Shown: positions 37,753 to 49,710 of the stretch, piece after piece
How the letters are laid out: every line of letters begins with the position of its first letter
How positions within the stretch are numbered: position 1 is the stretch's first letter
NCBI GenBank assembly: GCA_013239625.1
Contig: MU054323.1
Span: forward strand, 18,618,819 to 18,682,818
DNA: 64,000 bases
Direction of reading: 5' to 3'
Source: Lama guanicoe
Lineage: Eukaryota
Made by a program: the position numbers and the translations under genes
The notes under the pieces: model-generated
The model's input: the letters and a program-made list of their open reading frames with translations, nothing else
Told to the model about the DNA's origin: nothing
Databases searched by the model: none

Positions 37753-40258
37753 GTTTTATCAACTGAATGTCTGCATAGTTTTTAATAGCAATGTGATTTA
37801 ATCTGGGAACATCTGTTACAGCCTATAACATATTTTGCCGAGTCTTTGACCTTAATTTTGCTACATCAGATGCTCCTTCACAGATTCTACTCTGCATTTT
37901 ACCAAAGGGACATCAGTTATGCTTGAGTCTTGAAAAGTGTCAATCTGACTCAAAAAAAAATATGCCAGGTTTGTTAACATTACCATTAAATGACTTTTTA
38001 ATTAAGATTGTCAATACTACCAGTGATACAGTTCAGTGCTATTTTAGCATTAGAAATTACATGAACTTCTCATTCACATTTTTATTTTTATACTTATTGC
38101 AAAAATAAAAGTATTTTTGTTAACAGCATCATACTTTTTCTAAATAAACATGAATTGAAAAATAATTCTGGGACACATATTAATATATTCATTGGATAAA
38201 TATACTGCACTTCATTTCTTCTAATAAACAATATTCCTTTACTAATAATTATATGCTATTTCTATTATTAATCTAGAAAATTGTTTCTTTCTACTGGAAG
38301 TATTTTTTTATGATTTTCTAATTATAGGAAGAAGAGAATAGTTTGGGCCATAAAATCCCCCTGATGTTCATTTACTTGAAATTAAGGTGATGGAAATAAG
38401 TTTTTTTTCAATCTTTGTTTTTACTATTTGCTAAGAATATATCTCATTCAGAGAACAAGTGCATCCTGCTATGGTTAATTATTAAGCCAAGGCACATCTT
38501 TGATTCCAAGGTGAAGAAAGGATAATAAAAGAAGAAGCAAACAAGTAGCCTGTTAGCCTCAGTGCACTTCAGTGTTTTGCTCTGAGTCTGTTTTCCAATC
38601 TGCAGATGATGGTCGGGAAGGGATGGTATAGCAATCACCTTGTGAAATGTACTGAAAATTTTCTGAGATAACAGTATAGCCCTTGACCCACAGTTGTAGT
38701 TATTCAGAAACATTTATGGTTTCATGATTAACTTAATATGCATAATAAAGTTACACATAAGAGGGTTCCCTGGGGTTAGGCTATTTTATAATTGCATGTT
38801 AGAAACATTCATTTCGTTTTATCTCATGCTCTCTCCTTTACAACAAGTTAATGTCAATAAGCATTTTGGACTCCCTAATGCTGTCTTCCTTCCTTTTGTT
38901 TCTGGTACTGTATTATTGGCCATAACTGTCATATATTTTCAGCAGCTGTGGATCAAGTGTTGATTTTCTCTCCCAATATAATGTACCCTTTACAAAGGTG
39001 CTTTCCACTGTAGCCTTTTTGATTAACCTTGTCCCTATTTATTCTTAGATGCCCTTGATAACTCCATAAAAAAACTTGAAAGTGTCATCAAACATGTATC
39101 CTTGTAAGAAATAAGTAGACAATATTAATATATAACATTTTGCAAAAGAAATTCTAGTAAACATAATGGAGATATGTGATAGCTTTTTCTGATTTTTTTA
39201 CCCTACTATATCACTGTCTTCTCTAATTCCTTTTTCCCAGGGTAATCTCTGGTCTCAGCCTGTCTGCATTGGGTGCCTCGCTGAGCCATCTGGGGTCTTC
39301 TGCTCCCACAGAGCTGTGTCTGCCGTGCTGGTGCTTAGAGAGTCCAGGTACCTCTTGGAGAAGGGTGGAGGCAAGTGACAGACGGAAGGGGAACAAACAT
39401 ATGCATTTGCATTGTACTTTTTGAAAGCAAAAGAATATCCTTCTAAATAGGACCTCCTATGTGCTTACTACACCACTTTGTGGTCTGGCTGGGGCGGGAG
39501 CTACCATCTCCATCGTAAAGACTCTGGGACTCCTAAGGGTTAAGTGACTGTTTAAAATCAAGCAGTTTGGAAGCATTCCAAGTTAGTTTTAGTCTGTATC
39601 TTGTCGATGCAGCTTCAGAATTCTTTCCACTACTTCATTCCAACATCTCTATTTTGAGAATACTATCAGTAGTGCCTGAACTTGTCTTTGGGAAACCCCG
39701 TCATTCACTCAAGCACTTGGTAGGTGCTTTGATTATGAAAAAAAAAAAATCTTAAAACTTTGCTATGATGATAACTAAGAATGTTAACAGCCTATTAAAA
39801 TAAAATTTAGGGATTTAGGAAGATATGATATCCTCACTGTGTGTTCTCAAAAGCAGAGCAATTAGCACTGCTGAAAGTTTCCCACATAGCAGACATGAGA
39901 ACAGAACAGTAGACGGTTCATTCTGTTTCCAGCATAGGTAAGTTTTCTTCCATGAACGCAGGATATAAGGGTGAGATTGTTATAGGCTCAATACTCCCTG
40001 ATTTTCATTTTATCCAAACAACAGAGTAAAAATTATGGAGGATAAGATATTAAAATGCCTTTGAGGAGTACAATGAAAGTAGGAAGATTTTGGACTTTGG
40101 ATCAACGACTTAATGACTTTGGCTTTAGGGTGACTTGAGCTCCTTGTAGGGCTGTAGCTAAAATGAAATAGAATAAGAAAAAAAGTTGTTACACTGTGCC
40201 TTGAACATGTATCAAAGACGTGTAGTAAATTGTTTTTATGCTGTCAGGTGAATGAGAT

Positions 40259-40587
40259 TGTTGACCTGAAACAAATAGGCTGCCAGATATTTCTCCAGCA
40301 AAAATGGGTTTATTTGGAATCGACAGAGAATTACAATTTTGGGTCTGCAACTATGGCAGTCCCTTCACAGCACGGGAAGGAGAACATTTTTATAGAGAGG
40401 AAGAGGAAGTTGGGAGGGCTGAAGTAAATGAATAGCCTATGGCTTTTCATTGGCTGAGTTCTTGCCAGGAAAGAAAAGGAGCCTTTCTTCTTCCTGTTGG
40501 ACTCAGCTATTGTCACAGAGAGTGAGAACTCCCTCTAGGGTCTCCCAACTCTATTCATTCAAGGTTTCCATTTATTCGTGTTTTACT
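40259..40587 (-). mobile_element. 3' LTR
   Basis: On the minus strand: CCAAT (cattggctg on +), TATA (ttttatag on +) and AATAAA (tttatt on +) in U3-R order. Confidence 0.9.
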
Positions 40588-40989
40588 TTTCCCCTTTTTT
40601 AATCAAGATTTTTCTCTGAAAGCATCTCTAATCAAGAGTCAGGTTTTCTAGTTTCAGCAGCTTTTTCCCTTCAATGTCAGGAAGGAAATTTCCTGGATGT
40701 AGTGTCTCAGAAAGTATACAGTTTGGAAACCTATTAAAGTCACATTCAAGTAACAAAGAAGGAGAACTTCAGGCACTTTTTAATCTAAATTCCACGTGTT
40801 ATCAAGATTATAGACATTGGAGATCATCTGAAGCATTATTTCATCTTCAAAGGTGTGGTGACAAATTTCCAATAGGCTTGTGTCTGAGTATGGAAAAACT
40901 ATCTCACCAGATGTCATCTGCCTCAGTTCTGAGAAATCTTTCCTTTCAGGTCACCAGATGATGTGTGGGGCCCAGCCAGGGTTCAGCAC

Positions 40990-41127
40990 TTTCTTTAGGT
41001 GTGTCACATGAATCCAAGAGTTTATTCCTTGGAGTTTGGCAATGCAGGGCTTGGTAAGAAGTACCTGATAGGGGCGTTTTCAGTGACATTAAAGAGAATT
41101 CTTCTGGCAGTGTCTTTTCCAACAGAC
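40990..41127 (-). pseudogene. pol: Integrase C-terminal (GPY/F) remnant
   Basis: Minus-strand translation VCWKRHCQKNSL*CH*KRPYQVLLTKPCIAKLQGINSWIHVTHLKK. Confidence 0.85.
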
Positions 41128-41129
41128 AA

Positions 41130-41913
41130 CTTTCCCATTTAGCAGTTTTCACCCAATGCTGGGCCTGGCCTTCTCTGACAAGCATATGATCTAGCTGATA
41201 AAAGTCAGAGAAACCAGGTCAAGTTTGAAGGATGATATTAAATTCCTCAGAAAATTTGTGAAGATCTTCAGTTACTTTGGAGGAATCTTTGACGATAGTT
41301 CACAGTTTAGCTTTTAATCTGGACACACTAAGAAATTAGTGTTTAGCTTCCATATCATTGGAAGCCTTAATTTTAAAGAGACAGGTTCTCACATGTTCAG
41401 AGGTAAAGAGAGTGGAAAGAGTTTCAGAGAAAAGGGAGAGTCTGGTGGGAGAATTACTGTGGGAGGATTGGAGGTACAGTGGAGGCTTAGGCTGCATAGA
41501 AGGGAAGGAGGAAGATGGGACCAGAGGCAGAGCCTGCAGCAAAGTCAAGAAAGAAGAGCCTGAGGCTTTGGGAGCCATTTTATCTGCATTTAATTATTTG
41601 TTTGCTTCAGTTAATCTTAAAATCTTGTTTTGTAGAGAGACAATTTTAGACTCCTGATAACGTTGGGAAACTTCAAAATACCAATTGAAATAATCATTCA
41701 ACTCAGTTCTGGAAATTTTTGAACTATTGTAGTCCAACTTGGTTTTAAGGAAATTAAGTTTCAGAATTTCAAAAGTTCTCCATAATGGCCATGGATAAGC
41801 TAAATTGCTTTAGGGAAGGCCCGTCCATTCATTAGGAAGGACCTCAGTTTTTAAACATAAGATCAGCTGGAGACCCTGTAGTGGGGAGGCCCTCAAAACA
41901 TTAGGGATCCCAT
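41130..41913 (-). pseudogene. gag: gag remnant (MA, Pro-rich region, start of CA)
   Basis: ATG GGA TCC at 41913; GSPADLMFKN; YPWPLWRTFEILKLNFLKTKL...YFNWYFE; PPLY; KVTEDLHKFSEEFNII; PGFSDFYQLDHMLVREGQAQHW. Confidence 0.85.
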
Positions 41914-42442
41914 TTCCTAGAGGATTTTCCTCTAGAAGAAAGGACATTTTTCAAACAGCTTAGACAGCTCACAGCACAAATGGCTCAATTCAAACAGCTT
42001 GTAAGACAGTTCTAGCCAATTCAAAGGAAATAGCGTGGTCCCAGAGGAGCCAGGCCAAGGCATTTTTTAGCCAGTTTCCAGAAAATAGCTCTTCCAAAGA
42101 AATAGGCCTAAGGCTGAAAACTGGTGATTTCATTTGAAGCAACCCCTCCTCAAAGGAACTGGGCCAAAGGCAACTTCAGCCACCATCAGTTGAAACAGTT
42201 TGATCTCAAGATAAGATCAAATTGACAAGTGAATATTTGCATACAGAATAAGGCCTTAACCAGAAAGATAAAACTTTTTAATAGATCCCAAGTAAAGCCT
42301 GGAGGACTTCAAAGGCAAAGAGGACAAAGACCTACCTTTAAATCTCAGGGTCAGGAAGAAGGGCAGTGAGTGACAATGGGCTTAATTATGGGCACCACAC
42401 CTGTTTGTTCACCAGCCTAGAGCCATCAGGAGTTTTCTCTGG

Positions 42443-42460
42443 TCCCTCTACTGGCCACTG
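42443..42460 (-). promoter_or_regulatory. Primer binding site, tRNA-Ile(AAU)-like
   Basis: Minus strand CAGTGGCCAGTAGAGGGA vs TGGTGGCCCGTACGGGGA (13/18), 3 nt from the 5' LTR. Confidence 0.7.
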
Positions 42461-42463
42461 AAA

Positions 42464-42801
42464 TGTTGGCCTGAAACAAGTAGACTGCAAAATATTTCTC
42501 CAGCGAAGATGGTTTTATTTGGGATCAGCAGAGAATTACAGTTCAGGATCTGAAACCATGGCAATCCCCGCATAGCAAGGGAAGGAGAACACTTTTTATA
42601 GAGAGGACAAGGAAGTTGGGAGAACTCTAGTAAACAAAAAGTCCATGGCTTTTCATTGGCTGAGTCCTTGCTGGGAAAGAAGAGGAGTCTTTCTTCTTCC
42701 TGTCGACTCAGCTATCATCACAAGGAGACAGGGAGTGTGAGCTCCCCCTCCTGGTCTCCCAACTCTATTTAATTGAGGTTTCTGTTTATTAATTTTTTAC
42801 A
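42464..42801 (-). mobile_element. 5' LTR
   Basis: TG...CA ends; aligns with 40259-40587 (11 mismatches in the first 77 bp by hand count). Confidence 0.9.
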
Positions 42802-42944
42802 GGATCAAAGCATTCAGAAAATGCTCCTGGATTTGGGGGGAAATAAAAGCTTAATAGTTAACAACAGTCAAAATTAGTTATTTTACCCATAAATAAGCTG
42901 GCAGTGTCTTTGAAAATGTTCCTTTAGGAATTTTCCTTTGTAAG

Positions 42945-43146
42945 AGTGGTGCTAAGCCACAGATTGCATTATAATCATCTAGGGAGGGTGAAAAAAACAA
43001 ACAAACAAAATATACGCAAAATATCAAGGCTTACTCCAGACCAATTAAGTCTGAATTTCTAGAGGTAGGTCAGGATATATATGTATGTGTGTATTTATTT
43101 AAGTTCCCCAGATGATTCTAACATGTGGCCACAGTTGAGAAACAGG
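42945..43146. mobile_element. MER5A-family hAT MITE
   Basis: agtggtgct...ccagaccaattaagtctgaatttctag...ttccccagatgattctaacatgtggccacagttgagaaac. Confidence 0.75.
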
Positions 43147-45926
43147 TTCATAACATCAGTGGTCTTGGGTAACTTAATCACAAAACGTTTCTTTTGAGGA
43201 CTATGATTTATATGTGTCTATTGCAAAGTCAGTGATAACAGCCCATCGGTTTGTGCCTTCCTTTTCTTCTCATGGTGGCTCTATTCATGATCCCTCAGAT
43301 TTCTGAATAGGATTCGGCAGACAAATCAGCCTGCAGTGTCCCTTGAAATGGTAAATGACGTGTAAGAGTAACTTGAAAGCTGGTCCAGAGCTGACGCCTT
43401 GCAGCGGGAGGGAGATGTAGAGGTTTCTCAGTGCTTGATTACAAGCTGCCGTGACTGTGGTTTACTTTTCTCTTGTCTCTGGATCCCTTCCCTTCCCCGT
43501 TTCCTAATTACTTACCTTATTTATTACTTTGTGCTTCTCAGTTTCTTGTTCATTTTTCTTTATTTCTTTCTTTCACTTTCCCTTCTCATAGAAAACACAC
43601 TTGCTTGAGGGTAAGAAAACTAAGCTGACATATATATCCATTGTAATGCCAGCAAGTTCTACCTGCTCCACTTTGATTTGTCATTCCCTAACTATTTTGC
43701 AGTGGCTAGATGTTTTTTTGATTCCCAGCCATCCTAGATTACCACAGTATAATTTAGCTGTTGTATTAATGTCATGTGCCAGGAATACTTATCAAATATT
43801 AATTGATTAAATTTTAATGGTTATCCAATGTGTTGGTGTACGATTATTCAATGTAATCTCTTAATATTATTTTTACTTCTATAGAATCGGTAGCAATAGT
43901 CTCATTTTCGTTTCTCATTTTAGTAATTTTTCTTCTTTCTCTTTCTTTTTCTCAGTCCTTCTAGCTAAATGTTTGTCAATCTTCATGGTCTTTTCAGAGA
44001 ACCAACTTTTGATTTCATTAATTTCTTCATTATTGTCTATTCCCTATTTTCTTTATCTCTGCTCTAACCTTTATTATTTCCGTCCTTCTGCTAGCTTGGG
44101 GTTTAGTTTGTTCTTTTTTAACTAGTTCTATAAGTTGTAAAAATAGGTTGTTGATTTGAGATGTGTTCTAGCCTAGAAAACGTCCCATGTGCACTTCAGA
44201 AGGATATGTTGTGCTGTTACTGCATAGTTTTCTGTATCTCTATCATAACTAGTTGACATATTGTGTTGTTTAAGTCTTCTGTCCCTTTAGTTACAGTCTG
44301 CCTGGTTCTATCTATTATTGAGAATGGGGTATTGAAGTCTCCAACTATTATTGTAGAACTATCTGTTTTCCCTTAAATTTTGTCAGTTTTTGCTTCATAT
44401 ATTTTGATGGTCTGTCATTAGGTCCATAAATGAGTATAATTGTTATATCTTCTTGTGGTATTGAAACTTTAAAAACATATCATTTCCTTCTTTGTATTTT
44501 ATAATCTTTTATGTTTTAAAGTTTATTTGTCTGATATTAATATAGCCACCACTGCTCTCTTCAGTTACTATTTGCATAAAATATTTTTCTCTCCTTTCCC
44601 TTTAAATCTATTTGTTTCTTTGGATCTAGAGTGAGTCTCTTGTAGACCAAATACAGTTGAATCACGTGATTTTATCCATTTTGCTACTCTCTGTCTTTTG
44701 ATTGGAGAGTTTAATTCATTTACATTTAAATTAATTCCTGATAAATAGTGACCTACTACTGTTATTTTGCTATTTGTTTTCTGTATGCTTTCTAGCTTTT
44801 TTTGGTTCTTCATTTCCTGCATTACCATTTTCTCTTATATTTAGCTGATTTTTTTGTGAAATGTTTAAATTCCTCCATCATTTTATTTTGTTTATATTCT
44901 GTATCTGTTTATCATGGGGATTACATTTAGCATTCTGCAGTTACAACACACTATTCTGAATTTATACAAGCTTAACTGTAATGAAACTCTGCTGTTTATA
45001 GCTCCATCTCTACCCCTTTTGATTGTTGATGTCACAAAACTACATCTTTATACATTGTCTGTCTGAAAATACAACCTAATAATACTTTAAAATGCATTAA
45101 TCTCATAAATTATGTTGAAATCAAAATTTAGAGTTAACAAACTAAGGTTGTTATACTGCTACTAGCTTTTAGATTAATAACTTTTTAATGTATTAGTCTC
45201 ATAAATCATGTGGAAAAAAAGTGTAGTTGCAAACTCAATTGTTATAATAATGCAAGCTTTTATAATTATCTTTGTATTTTCCCTCATTGCAGTCTTTAAT
45301 TTGCCTTATAGCTTTGCGTTACTATCTAGTATCCTGTCATTTCACCCTGTGGGTGCTCCCTTGAACATTTCTTGCAGGATGGGTCTAGAGGTAACAAACT
45401 CCCTCAACTTTTGTTTATCTGGGAATATCTTAATGTTTCCCTCACTTTTGAAGGATAATTTTTCCAGATATAGGGTTCTTGGTAGACAGGTGTTTTCTTT
45501 TAGCACTTTGAATATACTGGCCTACTGCCTTATGGCCTCCAAAGTTTGTGATGAGAAATATGCTGATAATCTTATTGAAGATACCATGTATATGATGAGT
45601 TGCCCCTCTCCTGTGTTTTTAAGATTCCCTTTATCTTTCTGAAGTTTGATTACGTGTCTCAGTATGAGCCTCTTTGAATTCCTCTTACTTGGAGTTTGTT
45701 AAGCTTCTTGGATGTTTATATTCATGTTTCATCAAGAAGTTGTTTAGCTGTTGTTTCTTCATACATTCTCTCTGCCCTAAGTCTTTCTCTTCCTCACCGG
45801 GACTCCCACAATGTGTACGTTGGTCCACTTGCTAGTGTACCATAGGTCCTTCAGGCTTTCTTTATATTTCTTCAATCTCTTTTCTTTCTCTTCCTCAGAC
45901 TTGCTAATTTTCAATGTCCTATCTTT

Positions 45927-46040
45927 TTTTTCTCTCTCTCTTTTTTGTTCCCTGTGCTATACAGCATAAATGTGTTGTTTATCTATTTTTTATAGAGTAA
46001 TCAGTATCTGAAAATCTCAAACTCCCAATTTATTCCAACG
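45927..46040 (-). mobile_element. Short young L1 3'UTR fragment nested in the old L1
   Basis: Perfect 14-bp TSD AATGTCCTATCTTT (45913-45926, 46041-46054); A-rich tail attached after ...GCACAGGGAAC. Confidence 0.92.
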
Positions 46041-46484
46041 AATGTCCTATCTTTGTGTGATGATTCTTTCTTCTCCTTATTCAAATCTTCCTTTGAATTC
46101 CTCTAGTGAAAATTTTATTTTGGTTATTGTACTTTTCAGTTCCAGAATTTCTTTTTTGTTTCTTTTTAGGTTTTTCTCTTTATTGACAGTTCCATTTTAT
46201 TCACATGTCATTTTCTTGACTTTCTCCACATCTTTGGTTCTTTAAGCATCTTTATGACAGTTGTTTTAAAGTCTTTGTCTAGTATATCTGCCATCAGATC
46301 TTTTTCATTGACTGTATCTGTTGATTTATTTATTTTTCCTTTGAATGGGATGGACCATAGTTTCTTACTTCTTTGTATCCCTTGCAATTTTGTTGTTGTT
46401 ATTGAACACTGGATATTTGAATCTACTAATGTGGTAACTCTGGAAACATGGCTGACCTCCTTTCCCAAGATTTGCTGGGTTTTG

Positions 46485-46485
<1 letters not shown>

Positions 46486-46523
<38 letters not shown>

Positions 46524-46541
46524 CTTATTTACTTATTTATT
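46486..46541. repeat. (TTTA)n microsatellite
   Basis: Direct read. Confidence 0.9.
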
Positions 46542-47854
46542 GTAGGCTGTCTCTGTGCTGAAGACCACCCTGAGGTGTACACTTAAGAGCATCTTGGATA
46601 GTTTCTGAACATGTCCCTGGGTATGGGCTGTCACTTTCTAATTTTCCCCATACATGTTACAATTTTGGATGTCCTAGTCTTTAATGTCTAACTCCCAAAA
46701 AGGGATAAAAAGAAAAATGAAGTGGGGGAAGTTCAGTGGTCATTTAAACCCCCTGGAAATGACTTGAGCCAGAGGCTAAAGGGATGGCAAAAATGGGAGG
46801 AAGTTCAACAAAACTAGTTGCTGCCTCCTTGTCTACATTTGTATGATCAGGAGCAGCAGTCAGCAGTCGGAACACTGATCCCCACTATTTGGAGGGCAGG
46901 GTCTGTTTTGCCCACCCTGGCTCCCACAAGTGTGTGCCACCTGCTCCTGGAACATGTGTGTGGCTGCCTGCTATGTAGCTGGGAGTGGAGATGCATAGTT
47001 GCCACTGTGCTAAGAGCTGGAATAGGCTGAAATTCACCACGCTTTACTATCCCTGACTTCTCCTGGAAGTTGCACGCCTTCAATAAACTCCAGAATTCTA
47101 AAATATTATACCAGACAGATTCTGCCAGGGCAATTGTTATGTGAGTGGGGAGACAGATTCCTGGTGCTTCCTATTCTGCCATCTTCCCAGAATTCTGTGA
47201 ATTGCTAATTTTTTATCATCTCGATGAGAACCACTTCCTATTAAGTAATTTAGCTTCCTAAAAACATTGTTAATCTGGAATCCCAAGAAAGAAAAATTTT
47301 TCAGAAGAGATTTCTGATCATCTTAAAAACCTTAGTTCAATCTCCATTTTCCAAAAGTAAAGTATATATTGGAAAACAAATTTCAACCTAGACTTTTAAC
47401 CTTTTCCCTGTAATCCAGTATGTTGAAATTTCAGTACTCATATACAAGCATTGTGCACCAGAGATGGTCCCAAATAGACTTAAATAACATTTACTTCCTT
47501 TAATCTATGTCAATATCAGTATCTAAGAAGTACACAGATTTTCTTCTCTTTAACTCAACAATAAAACTCAAGATCAATTCCAGACACTTCTTGGCTCTTC
47601 CAGCTCATGTTGGGGCTATTGGTGAGAGCAGAAAATATCTCTACTTCAACAGAGATTTTTGGTAACTATGCAATTCCACCTTTCAATCCGCATTGAATAA
47701 ATATCTATGCATTAAATAGTTCATTTATTCATCTATAGTCTGAGTTCTTTTTACCCTTAACATTTTTCAAGTTCCTCAGCACTGTCTAGTGAGTCTGATT
47801 TCTAATGAGATAAACTTTAATCAAATTACTGATTTACCTCTGAGGTAAAAGCTA

Positions 47855-48560
47855 ACCTGTTAGTTGCTGGGGATACAACATTAAGTTAGTTATAGACTTT
47901 TCTTAAGAAGCCCTCAGACTATTGGGTGGAACAGGTTGGATCACAGGGAAAAGACCTACCTCATCAATTATATTAAAGCACAGTAAGTGCACTAGTAGGA
48001 AGCACAGAAAGGAAACAAAAGAAAACAAATGCTGCTTGGAGCGGTCGTAAAAAGACATTATAGGCATGATACCTGATTTCAGCCCTGAAAGGTAGTTAGG
48101 AGTTAACTAGGCAAAGAAGGTGGGGACAGTAAAATAGGTGAACAACATATGCAGTGACACACTGGCACCTGCAGAGATGTAAAATTCAGAATGGCTAGAT
48201 CAGGATGTTTATAGAGAGGAGGGGTGGGTGGAGGCAAGATTCTGAAAAGTTTGCTCAAAGCCAAATTTTGAAGGTTTTCTACTCTGAACTAAAGGGACTG
48301 GAGACTTGATTCTGCAGGAAACAGAGCAATGAAAAGACTTTAAATCAGAGAGTGATTTGTGAATATTTGTTTACCAGAAAGCTATTTCTAGCAGTTCACA
48401 CAGGATTAATGAAGAGCTGGTAGAAGGTCCAAGACAGAAATGTCCTCAGCCTTGGAGAGAAGTTGGAGAAGAAGATTAAGGCTTGAGAGACTTTCATGAA
48501 ATGTAATTGACAGGACTTGTTATTGGTTGGGCTTAAATTGTGAAGGAGTTTGCTTAGGAG
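47855..48560 (-). mobile_element. L2 fragment
   Basis: gttgctggggatacaac...gccctgaaaggtagttaggagttaactaggcaaag...aagactttaaatcagagagtga...ttgacaggacttgttattgg. Confidence 0.7.
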
Positions 48561-49524
48561 AAAGGTATAATTGGAGTACCTGAGGTCACTAGAGGTAACT
48601 AACTGGCCAAATTCACACGTGGTGTTTGAGAGAGAGTTGAAATAATGTGGAGGCATGAGATAAAGCAGAATGCGGTTTGAATGGAAGGATGAGTTAGCCA
48701 AGGACAAAACTCCAATGGCAGCTTTCCATTCCAGACATTAGGCCGGTGTCATCTTCAGTAGACTCTCCAGGTTCAGAGTTGAGTAGGACTTCTGTGGGTT
48801 TGACTGAATGAGTGATCTTCTGACTCATCCTATATTAATCGTATTTTACATACCTCTTGAATCTCTGAGAAAAAAATGAGCCTAACTGGTAATATATTAA
48901 GCTTTTCCATTTTTAAAAAGATTAACGTATTAGAACAGTGGCAATATGTTTCTTAATAATAATAATTGCTTAATCGTTTAAAAACCAGTGCTGGAAAAGT
49001 TTTTCTAACTCTTTTATGATTATGCAATAGTTTTTAAGAACTTAAGAGATCCTATATACTTATCAAGCATTACTACTTTCAATATCTTTATTTGATTGAT
49101 TATAAATATAGCCAATCAATAGAATAACAGCCTTTTTTAATTTGGGAAATGGAAAACAATGCCATGTATTACTACTCAGAGTGGTGTTGCTGGGGAAGTT
49201 AGGAACCATGCAGACATTGCAGGAGGGAATTAGAATAAATGGTCATTCTCAATTCTTGCAGTTTCCTACTGCTTTTGTGAAACTTTAGCTTCATTTACTC
49301 TTGTGCGGACTTCACAGAGCTCCTGACCAATCAGAAGCGGTCAGGGATCTATAGGAAAAGAACAACAAAATCAAGGGAGGAGCAGAACAGAGACCGACTG
49401 AGAGTCTTGACAGAGGAGGCTCTGCTGTGATCCCGTGAGAGTGTGCAGTCATCTTTAGATGCCATCCGGAAGATTCCTGAATGAAGGCAGTGAGAATGGA
49501 ACCAGGGCAATGCAGATGTTCACT

Positions 49525-49710
49525 CTGATGGAGAGAGAACAGGCACTAGAGACAGACTTTCCATTCGAGCCTGACATTTCGTGAGCTGTGTGACCCTGGG
49601 TAAAATAATCAACCTCTCTGAATTGTGGTTTGCTCTTCTCTAAAAGGAGGTGGCGATACTTCCCTTACAGGCTTTCTGTGAACTCCTAAAATGTGACAAG
49701 CACCTAGCTC
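49525..49710 (+). mobile_element. MIR fragment
   Basis: gagctgtgtgaccctgggtaaaataatcaacctctctg...ctcttctctaaaaggagg. Confidence 0.7.

Larger units (their letters stand above)
40259..42801 (-). mobile_element. Internally deleted ERV1 provirus (HERV-I-related), two LTRs
   Basis: Direct repeats 40259-40587 and 42464-42801; PBS at 42443-42460; PPT tttccccttttt next to the left LTR; 4-bp TSD agat/ggat; gag and IN remnants. Confidence 0.93.
43819..47199 (-). mobile_element. Old L1M: 5'UTR, ORF1 and ORF2 endonuclease region; 3'-truncated
   Basis: 5' start with GGGAAGATGGCAGAATAG (minus strand, ~47170-47188); ORF1-like DKDFKTTVIKMLKE; EN motif YLSGINLNVNELNSPIKRQRVAKWIK...LQETH (44568-44828). Confidence 0.9.
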
